Shown piece by piece: positions 37,066-48,002 of a stretch of DNA of 64,000 bases (its first letter is position 1; every line of letters begins with the position of its first letter). The translations under genes and the position numbers were made by a program. The notes under the pieces are model-generated. The model was not told the DNA's origin. It did no database searches and was given only the letters and a program-made list of their open reading frames with translations. Origin of the DNA: Chlorokybus atmophyticus. Its lineage: Eukaryota; Plantae; Mesostigma and Chlorokybus algae. The stretch lies in assembly GCA_009103225.1 (NCBI GenBank), contig RHPI01003020.1:16481-80480 (forward strand). The letters run 5' to 3'.

Positions 37066-38755
37066 CGCACCAACGGTCCTCCTCACACGCGTTAACAGTT
37101 GAGCTCTGGAGCTGGAACCTCCCCAGAAGCTCAGGGGGGTGGCTTATTGACTGTGTGTCCTACAGCACAGCATGTACACTAAGGAGGACACCGCCTCCAC
37201 ATGTCCGTGTGACTCAGCGACAGCAAAGCAGCTCCACCAAGCACTCCTCGACATACGAGCTGAGTAATTTTTACTTTCATGCACTCGCTGGCCATATCCC
37301 GCCGCCGCCGCCGCCTGAACTAGCTTAATCTGGCCTGGCCTAGCTTAGCCTGGCCTGGCCTGGCCGCATCAACAAGCTGCTACTGTAAGTAGTGCTGTTC
37401 ACACAGTTCTTTGCGTGAGCGGACAACGTGTACCACTGTTAAGTGAGGCAAATGCGCAAGCAACACGTAGATACTATGCCCAAATTTCTGCCAACAAACA
37501 CACTGCAACCAGGCACACCAAGCTCACAGCGATGACAAGCACGATGCACACACGAGCATGCACAGGCTCTCACACAGTGAAGGGGTTCTTGGTTACCAAG
37601 GACGAGACGAGGCGGGATGGCGTGTTCGCGATTTAAGTCGTTTCACAAACTCTAAGCTTTCTCACGCACAGTGTCACCAGCTGATCCAGTGAACACTGTG
37701 CCTACTTATACAAGTCAAATCACGACTGTTCAGAACATAAGCTAACGGTCATATCAAGGCACTTTCCACAGCAATTGTCACTCGATATAGAACACAACTT
37801 ATAGTTGAACTCACCATTGAACAGCTACACGCGCTGCCTATGTAGGTTATGGTCGTGAGCTATTCTGGAGTCATGACCTAGCTATTGGTCAGTGACGCGC
37901 GCGCGTTGGTATGCTGGTAGGCCGGGCGATGGTTTCGATGTAGACATGCCCGATGAAGGCTGGTATGTGTGGGCACTACGCATGACACAACGTACACCTG
38001 GTGCTCCCAGCCTAGGAGCGACGGTGGACAAGGATCGGCGGTGGAGGTGGAGGCGTGGCGGCTTAGTATCAGGCGCTTAGATGGACTTAGGTTGGTAGTA
38101 GTAGTAGCTGCTTGTTGTTGTATTAATTTATTGTGGTAGCATAGCATGGAAAATGATGCAATATGATTTTATTATTTGCCAATCATAATCGGCGCCGTCT
38201 TGAATAGACTGACGCAATAAATCATAATTAAAATGTACCCAACAGCTGCCTTTGAAGGTACACTTTGGTAATGGCAGATACCATGAGGTATCTGTCTGGC
38301 ACAATCGGTTAATGTACAGTCGCCGGTACCTAACCATTGGGTACCAGCTTGTTACTTATTAGTCGGGTCAAGTCACCTTATCATGATTAGAAAGTAACTT
38401 TTTCGGGTGCCTGTCAATTAGTGTCGGTCCCTTTATGTAGATGGCCGCCGACTGATGATGACGGCTGTTATACTAAGGTCCTGTATTCAGATTACAGGTG
38501 GACTGAGCGACAGTTTTAAGGGGGTCTCCTCAGGTGCACGACCGATGCCAATATAAATTTGGTTGGCCGGCAGGGGAAACATTTTGCGACGTTGTTAACA
38601 GCCCCCAATCAAGGGATGGCTTTGTTACTAGCCGACAAGGGCCGGCATTTCAATGCTACTGCCAGTGTTATATACAATACATCCATATGTACATATACTT
38701 ATTATATACATATTATTTCAAAACACCATACGCGTATATAGCCACATGTATATGA

Positions 38756-38814
<59 letters not shown>
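38756..38814. repeat. Compound microsatellite (AT)n(TG)n
   Basis: Directly visible. Confidence 0.97.
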
Positions 38815-38818
<4 letters not shown>

Positions 38819-39370
38819 TAGCCATATAGAACGGATTGTCATTGACAGCCCCTAACAGGATTACCGGCACACATTTAGACAGCCCCCCGAACGACTGTTA
38901 CATTTGAAATTGAAAATCTTCGATACCTTAATAGCCGCCAGGTTGCGGCTGTCCATTCATTCTTGCATTTGCATGAATTGATACTGGTACAGCCTATGCA
39001 TGTCATAGCATGCACTGCATGGGCTCAGCCTATGGGCATATGAATCCACAATTGCCAAGCGGCCATCGCACGTTGCAAACAATAATCCAACTATTTTCAC
39101 GTCTCCATCGGCATGTGCACTTGTAGCTTAGTGGTTTGGGCGTCGTTTGCATGTTACAGGTCGTACATTCAATCCTTGTAAATGCTCGTAATCTTATCAA
39201 ACGAATTTACCAATGCCGCCGCTTCGCGCGCCATAGCGGCGTGGCCGGTGCCGTCAACAAGCCATCTTCGATGTGTCTACAATTAAACCTGAATGTTTAA
39301 TTGTTGTTGTTGTTTCATAATATCATAATTTGGTCCCTGGTCTGCTGCCCGACCGCTACCTAATTCTGAC

Positions 39371-39509
39371 GCGATTTAAACCAACCGGACCATACATGGT
39401 GCGACTCCGATAAACCATGGCTTTACTTTTTTCGCGTGAATTCGAGACCATACATGGTCCGGCTGTCTATGATAGCCAAACCATGCATGGTCCGTTGGTT
39501 TCAATTCGC
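39371..39509. repeat. Short imperfect inverted repeat (possible MITE relic) with three ACCATRCATGGT motifs
   Basis: GCGATTTAAACCAACCGGACCATACATGG versus the reverse complement of 39481-39509, GCGAATTGAAACCAACGGACCATGCATGG. Confidence 0.5.
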
Positions 39510-42279
39510 AGGGGAATATTCCGGTCCAAAGGTACTAACCAATGATGGTCATTTGACGTCAATCGATGCGCCACTGCTATAGAGAGTCTACCACAATTTG
39601 TCCGCTCATGCAATGAGCTGTGTCACAGCACCATCTATAGTGATAGCTTGTTGACTTACAGTAACACCCTTTTTGCTCAAGTAAGTGGTTCATATGCAAT
39701 TTGCTTAATATAGTGCAGTGCGCATCAGGGTACGCTTTGTCGCGTGCGAGCATTGTCATCACATAGTGCACATAAAAGTCATTGGAATGTTGAGTGATCG
39801 CATCAAGGCCACCGCACACGACATCACAAGCATACGCACTCTGCGGTGCATTTAATCTCATCAGTGAGAATAGGCTGCATTAGCAGGCAACCTCCCTTTC
39901 TTATCATCGAGGAGGAGACCTCTCGAGACCTCTACGGCTGCAGCTGTAGCTCTCATACCCGCGAGCGAAAGGCAGCAAGAGTGACAGCAGCGAACGAGTC
40001 CTCCTCCAACCACACCTCCTCCCAGTCTCATCCCTTGCAGGGTATAGCTGTGGACTTCTCCAACAGCGACAACAAGATGGAGTCGAGCTCTTACAATGCC
40101 TTGCGCTTTTCAAACGTCCTGGCACCACCTTGCAGGTTGAGTTCATTATTAAGTTTTAATTCAAAATGACTTGGTAAGCCATTACGAGCAACAACTTGAA
40201 GTGGACCGATGACATCTCCTTTCATATGGCGGCATAATGTTTAAACTACGAAGCCCACAAGGTGTGGAGGTGAGTAGCAGAGTTGCATCAACTTAAAGGG
40301 TATAGGGCGCTTTCCAGCGCCATCACATCTTTATCGGCATTAGCAGTGCCAGTATCCAACCCTGCTCCGGTTACAAGTGTCACTCCATTTACAGCACCGG
40401 AAAGCTGAACAAGCAGTGCTTGCAGTGGAGGAGGCACGATTGACAGCGACCGAGGCCGCCGCCGGGCGTACAGATTGCCAAAGTAGAGTCCTAAAGCGCA
40501 TAGCGGCGCTTTATCATGACCATCAGCCTGCAGGCGGGTGTCCGATATTTACAGCCCTGCTTTCATATAACGACATGAAAATCTCTCTCTCGCTGTCTCT
40601 TTTTGCACGTTTACCCGGCAACTGATTAGGGATCGAGGGAATGACGGGTGCCTGACCCTGTCTGACTGTGCATGCCTTTATCGCATACATTAATTCTAGA
40701 CTGTTGGTTCTGCTGTCGGCTAATGTGGACTGAGGCTGACGGCCAACAACCGGTCGATAGGTGTGAAGGTGAGCACGTGATTTTGTAATAACGGCCAACC
40801 ACCGGTTGCGCAGCATGGACGATCGGCGGTTGGCCATCATCACAATTATAGCAAACAAGTCACCACTCGGTCACTTATAGTGACGAACGATAATCGGTCG
40901 TAGCGTGACCGTTGTAAAGTATGCGCGGCGGCCTGCTTGTTGTGGCAAGCAAGTCGCCTTTGCAAACGGATATGTGATGTAATGTGCCGGCCGACTATCG
41001 TTGTTACGTAGCCGTGGCACATTATGCGCCTATGCTGATAGATTAATCAATCAACCGCCCGTTCCTATTTGTTGCCGAATGATGCCGGCAAGACGGAAAT
41101 ATGGTACATATTGCTTTAGTATGCCGTACACTATAAAACTTCGTCACAATGAAGATATATGAAGTAATGCAAATTTTTCGGCGGATGTATTGCCCGCCGT
41201 CCAAACGTAATTATTTTAATGTATCGATAGGGTGCTTTGTAACGGATTGAGTGCGATTGCTGTTAGTTAGTAGTGTAAAAAGACTTGTTGAGGATATGAG
41301 GGGTCGTCCAACCTCGTATCAATAGAACATGTTTTTGAGAATGCGTTTTCAATGGCCACCTGTCGTGTCGTATTAGAATCGCGCGCGGTATCAAATGTGT
41401 CGTTTCTTGCTCGCCATCTGTGAGACGGTAAAAGATGCTTTCGGCTTTATACTTTATACCGTACTCGGCAACTGTGTTGTACTCTGTCATCGCCTTGTTT
41501 GCATAGCTATTTGATTGGCGCATTGCATCGTAACGGCGCTACTACTTTTTGTGAATGGTTCCAAATCATAAATCAACATGAAAGCAATTTATTGCTTTTA
41601 CTTCATAACTCGAGTTGCTAAGTTGCTGTGCTCATTACGGGCTTATGGAGCGAATTTAAGAAATACTACACAAAACATGTATATGGGTGAATATTATATT
41701 GCTAGGTATGGAAGCTTACATTGTGATGGGCGAACCAAGTAAGCGTATCACTCAAGTCCAACGTTGCAGAAGTAGTGTACACTATTGTAGACAAATCTAT
41801 ATATTAAAAACATTTCGTGACTAATACATATACCATCATGCTTCATTATAACATTCAACATAGACCATGTTGACATGAATAATCTACCGCCATGCTGTCC
41901 ATGTATGTACACACCGTTTGTGCTCTTATTATCACGTTATTAGCACATTTAAACAATATGTGGATGTGCTTTACATGGCCGAGATCTTTTTGCTGTAGAT
42001 CCAACGGCTTGAGGCCGGTCGTCGCTGCTTAGCCAATGAGCGGCAGGAGGGACGCGCATACTGCCGCGCAGCCCGTCAGTCGCGAGTGCCATAAGCGATG
42101 GGCCAGTGATGGCGCTTTGTCGTGTGAGGATACGTGTGTGATGTGCCGGCCGGCCGGCCGGTCCAGCCAACCAGCTGCAGCACTAGTTAATGGGTTGTGC
42201 TGCTCAACCAATATAATGAGGATACCGATGGTATCCTTGGCAACCAGGATTTGCTTGCAGCTGGCGTAGTCAACAGCTA

Positions 42280-45117
42280 CCGTATTTACCCCATTAGAGT
42301 TCCCCCCTTTTTATACAGTTCCCCCCGGATTTTGCCAGGGGGAACTCTATTCGGGGGGAAACTCTATTCCTATAGGGGAACTCTATTCTGTAGCAGGGAT
42401 GCCGCTGGTATCGTTATGTCAACGATATCAGCGACCCCCCGCGATGGCTGTTCACACGGACTTCCCGCCAAACCTAAAGCAAACAGAGCATAGGCGGCGG
42501 CGGCGAGGTAGCCGGCGTAGTTGACGGCGGGGTAGGCCAACGCAATGGTAGGAGCGGCAGCAGCCAGGCTGGCTGCTCAGCATCGATTGGAGAGGCAGGC
42601 CGACGAAGCGGAGGCGGCGGCAAGGATTGCAACTGAAGCAGCTGCAAGGGCACGCGAGGCTGCAGCAAACGTCGCAGTAGAGGAGCAGCGAGACGCAGGA
42701 GGCCACCGTCCAACTGGCGTTGGGAAACGTGTGCACGCTGCCCGCCGCACCAATGGTGGAGGTCGGCGGTACAAGCGCCGAGCCTTCACCGTCCATCAGA
42801 AGGTGTGTCGATTAATCAGCAATGTGCGTGTGTCGTTACAGTGCGTGCGTGTGCTGCATTGTGTCGTTGTTGTTGCTGTGTGCGTGTGCTGCGTTGTGTT
42901 GTTGTTGTGTTAGTGTTGTCGCTGTGTGCGCGTGCTGCATGGTATTGTTGTCGTTACTGTCTGTGTGCTGCGTCGTGTCGTTGTGTTGTCAGCAATGTGT
43001 GTGTGTGCGTGTCGTTGTCGTCATTGTTGCTGCTGATTAGCTGTTGTGTTGTTGCCATGTTTGCTGCTAACTAGTTGCTGTTTAACTCCACAGCGCAAGT
43101 TCATCCAAATAGCAAAGCATATAGGCATTAAGAAGACGGAGAGAGAGCATGGCGTCCATGCTCCATCTTTGCGAAAGTGGCTTCGCCAAGAGTTGGAGAT
43201 AATGGCTGCCAGTGCTAGCGACTGCAGACTGAAGGGTGGTGGCAGGGGGGTTGCTTATCCCGAGCTAGATACTGTGGTGTATGACTACATTGTAGATCGA
43301 CGTTCTCGCGGGCTTGGAGTCACCCAAGCCATGATTAGAGTATGCACAATCAGCTATTGCAAGTGTGGCATGACGCAATTGGTGTGCATGTGTGTGGCAT
43401 GCGGCAGTCAATGTGCATGCGCATGATCATGTTTGTTTGCCTGTGCAGTTGCAGGCCCAACGCTTGATTGTGGAGCACAATGAGAGCGTTGATGACGATG
43501 TGAACATTTGGACCTTGAAGGTGTCCTTGAATTGGGTCGTGCGTTTCATGGCGCGCCATGATCTCACCGTGCGTCGCCATATGAAGGTGGGGCAGAAACT
43601 GCCTCATGATGTTGCCGAGAAGGTTGAGGGGCATCGCGTCTACATCACATTGATGAAAGAGCGTCACAAATATGCCTCCAGCCAGATTGTCAACATGGAT
43701 GAGGTACCCGTGACGGTGGATATGGCGGCTGGTCGGACAGTCAATCAGCAAGGCAGCCGAACCGTGACTATGCGCACGACTGGTAAGCATGCACATGTGT
43801 CAACGAAAGTGCTGTGTTGTGTTGGCAATGCTGAATGCGAGTCTGCACATTGACAGGAAATGAGAAGAAGAATGTGACGGTGGTGTTAGCGTGTGCTTTG
43901 GACGGCACAAAGCTACCACCTGTTATTATTCCCAAGCGCAAGACTATCCCCAACGACTTGGTGGTGCCGCAGGGGATAGTTGTATGGGCTAACGAGAAGG
44001 GATGGATGGACGAGGCCCACACGGTGGAGTGGGTGGATGCGGTGATGCGGAAGAGGTCTAAGCGAGTGTTTGGTAGAAGAGCACTGTTGATCTGGGACTC
44101 GTTTTCAGCACACAGGTTCGGTTTAACAGCTTCATGCACGCCATGTGCATGCCACGCACATGCACATCAGTTCTGTTGCTGCCATTGCATGTATGTGTTG
44201 ATGTTGCAATCATGCAGGTGTGACTCTGTGAAGGAACGCCTCAGCGCCATCTCTGTTGATCAAGCAGTCATCCCTGGTGGGTGCACTCCCATTCTGCAGC
44301 CGCTCGATGTTGGCGTCAACAAACCTTTCAAGGATATGCTGCGTGCGAAGGTGAGCATTGTTAACAATGTGCAGTAGCAACAACTACCCTTCTTACTAGT
44401 GATGCTGACTTTGACTGTGTATGTGCTCAGTGGGCTCTGTGGATGGCTGACCCAGCCAACCACTCGTATACGGCGGGTGGCCACATGCGGCACGTTGACT
44501 GGTCAACGTTGTGCACATGGGTGCAGCAGTGTTGGGAGGAGTTGTCTGTTCACACTATTCACAACGCTTTCCGAAAGGCAGGTGTGTGCGAGGCAGATTG
44601 GGCGCCAGAAGATGTTGAGCGCGATGATGTCGACGACATCATGAACATTGATGAGCTACCCCTTGAAGAGCAGGAGGAGCGCATGATGCAGGAGCTAGCT
44701 GAGCTGCACATGCGCGATGAGCGCAACGCTCGCACTGCCGCTAAGCGCATCAACCTTGTATCAGATAGCGAGATCAGTGATGCTAGTGATGCTAGTGACA
44801 GTGATGCTTGAGTCTCTGATGCATGAGCCTTCTATGCAACTTGATGCATGAGTCTTTTATCGTTCACATTCGCATGCATGCGCGCATTGACATGGCACAA
44901 TCAAGGGGCCACTCATTATGCAGCACGCACACACCACGCACAAACGGCAGGCAGTTATGCAGATACTCACGCACGGTAGGCAGGCATACATGCAATACAG
45001 TTCCCATCAGAGGGAACACTAAATGGGGGGGGAACTCTATCACACAAACACAGTTCCCCCTTTGATTTTGCCGGGGGGAACTGCATTCGAGGGGGAACTC
45101 TAATGGGGTAAATACGG
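42280..45117 (+). mobile_element. pogo-superfamily DNA transposon, apparently intact
   Basis: Perfect 27-bp TIRs CCGTATTTACCCCATTAGAGTTCCCCC (42280-42306, 45091-45117), TA target duplication on both sides, and subterminal GGGGAACTCT repeats. Confidence 0.95.
42545..44811 (+). CDS. pogo-family DD35D transposase, 6 exons (42545-42802, 43094-43339, 43449-43782, 43857-44115, 44218-44350, 44431-44811), ~536 aa
   Basis: All GT-AG junctions keep the frame open. RRAFTVHQK/RKFIQ HTH; YPELD and LNWVVRFMARH (CENP-B-type HTH); catalytic NMDEVP, IWDSF, QPLDV, with 35 residues between the 2nd and 3rd Asp. Confidence 0.9.
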
Positions 45118-45761
45118 TAGAAAACAATCCCATAACAGCTGAATGCCTATTCATTTCTCTGCTTGTTACTCTTGCAATTTCATCGATGCTTGTGACATTT
45201 AGCTCAAACGGATGTGATCCTAGATGAGTCGTTGCGTTGGTCTTCGTTGCCTTGCGCGATTGCAGACGCCGACAGCATCAGATAAAGTAAGTTGCCCATA
45301 TTTTGGACACTTATCCACTAGTAAGCGTCCACTGAACGGCCCACTGCAGTGACTGCGAGTGTGACGGTGCTGTCAAAGCAGCAATCAACGTCGTAACATG
45401 GCCGATTTGTGATGTACTAGGGTGATTCTTCAATGTGGTGTGCCGTGAGGTATAGCCGGCACAAAATGGCCGTGCCACACCTGGGCATTCTCCAAACTGA
45501 TACGGATTATGGATGCCCACTACCTGCTGATCACACACTGCCTACTACAGTGCGCGACCCTCGAATGGCACTTGCTCTTTAAGCTTATGGTACGGTGGCA
45601 ACAATGTCAATGTCGCATACTGCAGCTGGCGCGGCTGGTTGCGGGCGGGCAGCTGTCCAAAAAGTGGGCGCCTTACCCTACTCATGGCATAGATCTGCAA
45701 TTCACATGCGCCTGGCAACAAGCGGCCCACATTTGATGAATGCCTTGCGCGCCACTGCAGG

Positions 45762-46544
45762 CCCCGTCAGAGTCCCCCCCCGTATCATGGTATACAGACC
45801 CCCCTGGCAAATGCAAGGGGAGGACTGTATTGAGACATTATAGTCCCCTCCCTTGTTGTGTCCCCCCTCGAAAGGGACAGTGTTAGTGTTATGTCTGAAT
45901 AAGAGTATTGTATAAGATGTATGCGTAATTACGCATACAATATTATATGGTTGCTAACGTTGAACTAATATTGATACACTTCATTCATCACCTAAGCGCT
46001 TAAAGCACATGTACATGGATCAGTCATGAGTGCCATGACGGTCGACGCGTCGTTGACCATCTAGAAATGTTCAGAAATCACACGGTCAGTTTTAATTCAA
46101 TTTTTTGCACGTTAATCACTGAACTGTTGCGTTACACAAGATATACGTAAGTCGTATACTGTAACTCGACGTAATCGGCGGCTTCTGCTACACAATAGAG
46201 CCCCCCCTCCTAATAAAGTCCCCCCCCCCCCCCCCNNNNNNNNNNNNNNNNNNNNNNNNNNNNNNNNNNNNNNNNNNNNNNNNNNNNNNNNNNNNNNNNN
46301 NNNNNNNNNNNNNNNNNNNNNNNNNNNNNNNNNNNNNNNNNNNNNNNNNNNNNNNNNNNNNNNNNNNNNNNNNNNNNNNNNNNNNNNNNNNNNNNNNNNN
46401 NNNNNNNNNNNNNNNNNNNNNNNNNNNNNNNNNNNNNNNNNNNNNNNNNNNNNNNNNNNNNNNNNNNNNNNNNNNNTACAGTCCCCCAGGACAATCGAGG
46501 GGGGGACTGTACAAAAAGGGGGAACTCTGACGGGGTAAATACGG
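45762..46544. mobile_element. Related pogo-type non-autonomous element spanning an assembly gap
   Basis: Right end GGGGGAACTCTGACGGGGTAAATACGG|TA (46518-46546). Partial left end CCCCGTCAGAGTCCCCC at 45762. CAGTCCCC/GGGGACTG subterminal motifs. Confidence 0.6.
46236..46476. other. Assembly gap (N run); smaller gaps at ~52410-52430 and 58466
   Basis: N characters, each next to a poly-C or poly-G run. Confidence 0.99.
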
Positions 46545-48002
46545 TATACTTTAGAACGTAACTGTATGCTTATTGTCGCAGTTTAGTAAAGAGAGAGTCT
46601 ATTGGAGCCTTGGTGCAGGTGCAATTCGTAACTAAGCAGGTTCAAGAAGGCCCAAACCCGGCTTGAGGCGCGCAATTGCCCCGACCTGAGAGCACCTGGT
46701 GCCACTTGATACGGCTTGCTCAGCAATGGCACCACCTGAACCAAGCTCGGCGCCGTCTGCGATTCGGTGTAGTCAGCAACACGATGCGGTGACTTATCAT
46801 GTTATCGAGCGATGATGTTCAACCGCACAAAGTGACCGGTGATTACAGTGTGCATCATTTAATGCGCGGCCCGGGTGCAAAACCGCGGTTCACCTAGCAG
46901 TAGGTACGTGCGCGGCTATCCTTGACTTAGGGCGACATTTCTAAAGCCCGCTTACACTTGTTCACGGGCCGAAAAATGACACTCAGGGATCGGTCCAGGT
47001 TGGACGCTTTGACCGCTATGAGATGCACTGAGTGTCTTGCTTGAGCTAACAGATGCGTCGGTCATTGGTTGCACATAAGCCGGTTGTACACTGACTACGG
47101 TCCAGGTTGCGTGTCAGCACCTGTCCCGTCGCCGCGGGTGCAACTTGCACCGTGCAAGTATACTGGCAGGCAAAGCAAAGCTGATAGGATTTTACGCGTG
47201 TGGCTAAATAAGTGAGAGAATGTGCATGAGTGACACGCGCAATCTAGCCACTCAAAGTGTGTGCAACACATTGTTGCCGTCAAAGTGTGTGCAACACACT
47301 CTTGCTGTCAAGGTGTGTGTGCTGGATTGGGAAAGTGGTGACGTTTGCTGGCTGACTTGGTGGCTGGGCCTGGCTTAGCCTGGCCTGGCCTGGCCTGGCC
47401 CAGCAGTTGCTGCGAGGTAGAAGCTCCTATGCTCACCGCGGCTAGCAGAAGTGGCCCGTTAGTATGTGTTGAAAATAACTACTAGTCGTCATATAAGGCA
47501 TGCAGTGTCGCAGGTGACTAGCACACGCACTCTCTTTCCTTTCTCTTTGCACTCAATCTTCTCTCTCACTCACTCACTCAATTTCGGTCTTCCAGTGAGG
47601 TCTCCTCAATATGTCACTGTCGTATATCGGCACGCACGCATGCATAACATTCTCTCTCTACATCAGTCGTCAGTTCAGTGCGCTAGAAGCATACATGTCA
47701 AAGCACACACATACGTAAGCATGCTCCTTCCTCCTCGCTCTCACTCACTCTCTCACTCACTCATGTTTGCTCCTTAGCGAGGCTTCTATCTATCTCACGC
47801 TGTCACTCTACAATACTGGTACGCACGCCCATGCACATGCGAGTGTCTGTCAGACAGACATTCACATGTGCATGTGCGTGCGTACCAGCACAAGAGAGCC
47901 ACACAGACACACACATGCGTGTTTACATGCTCATATCTCTCATTGTATGCAGTGAGACCCACACCCCACCCTACGGCTGGTACATAGTTCACCTCGCACA
48001 GG

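Larger units (their letters stand above)
22314..37144 (+). mobile_element. Ty3/Gypsy retrotransposon remnant E (gag, protease, C5-DNA methyltransferase, [RT missing], RNase H, integrase, PHD), interrupted by F and D
   Basis: Domain motifs in Gypsy order (RNase H before integrase). PPT-like AGGGGGGTGGC at ~37133-37143 followed by TATTGAC. LTR pair not established, so the boundaries are approximate. Confidence 0.8.

Noticed and set aside
41263-41523. 86-aa minus-strand ORF in an AT-richer patch as a foreign gene
   Set aside because: Short, no motif, and no supporting splice or neighbouring context.
46188-46514. ORFs crossing the N gap
   Set aside because: Artefacts of the N run and homopolymers.
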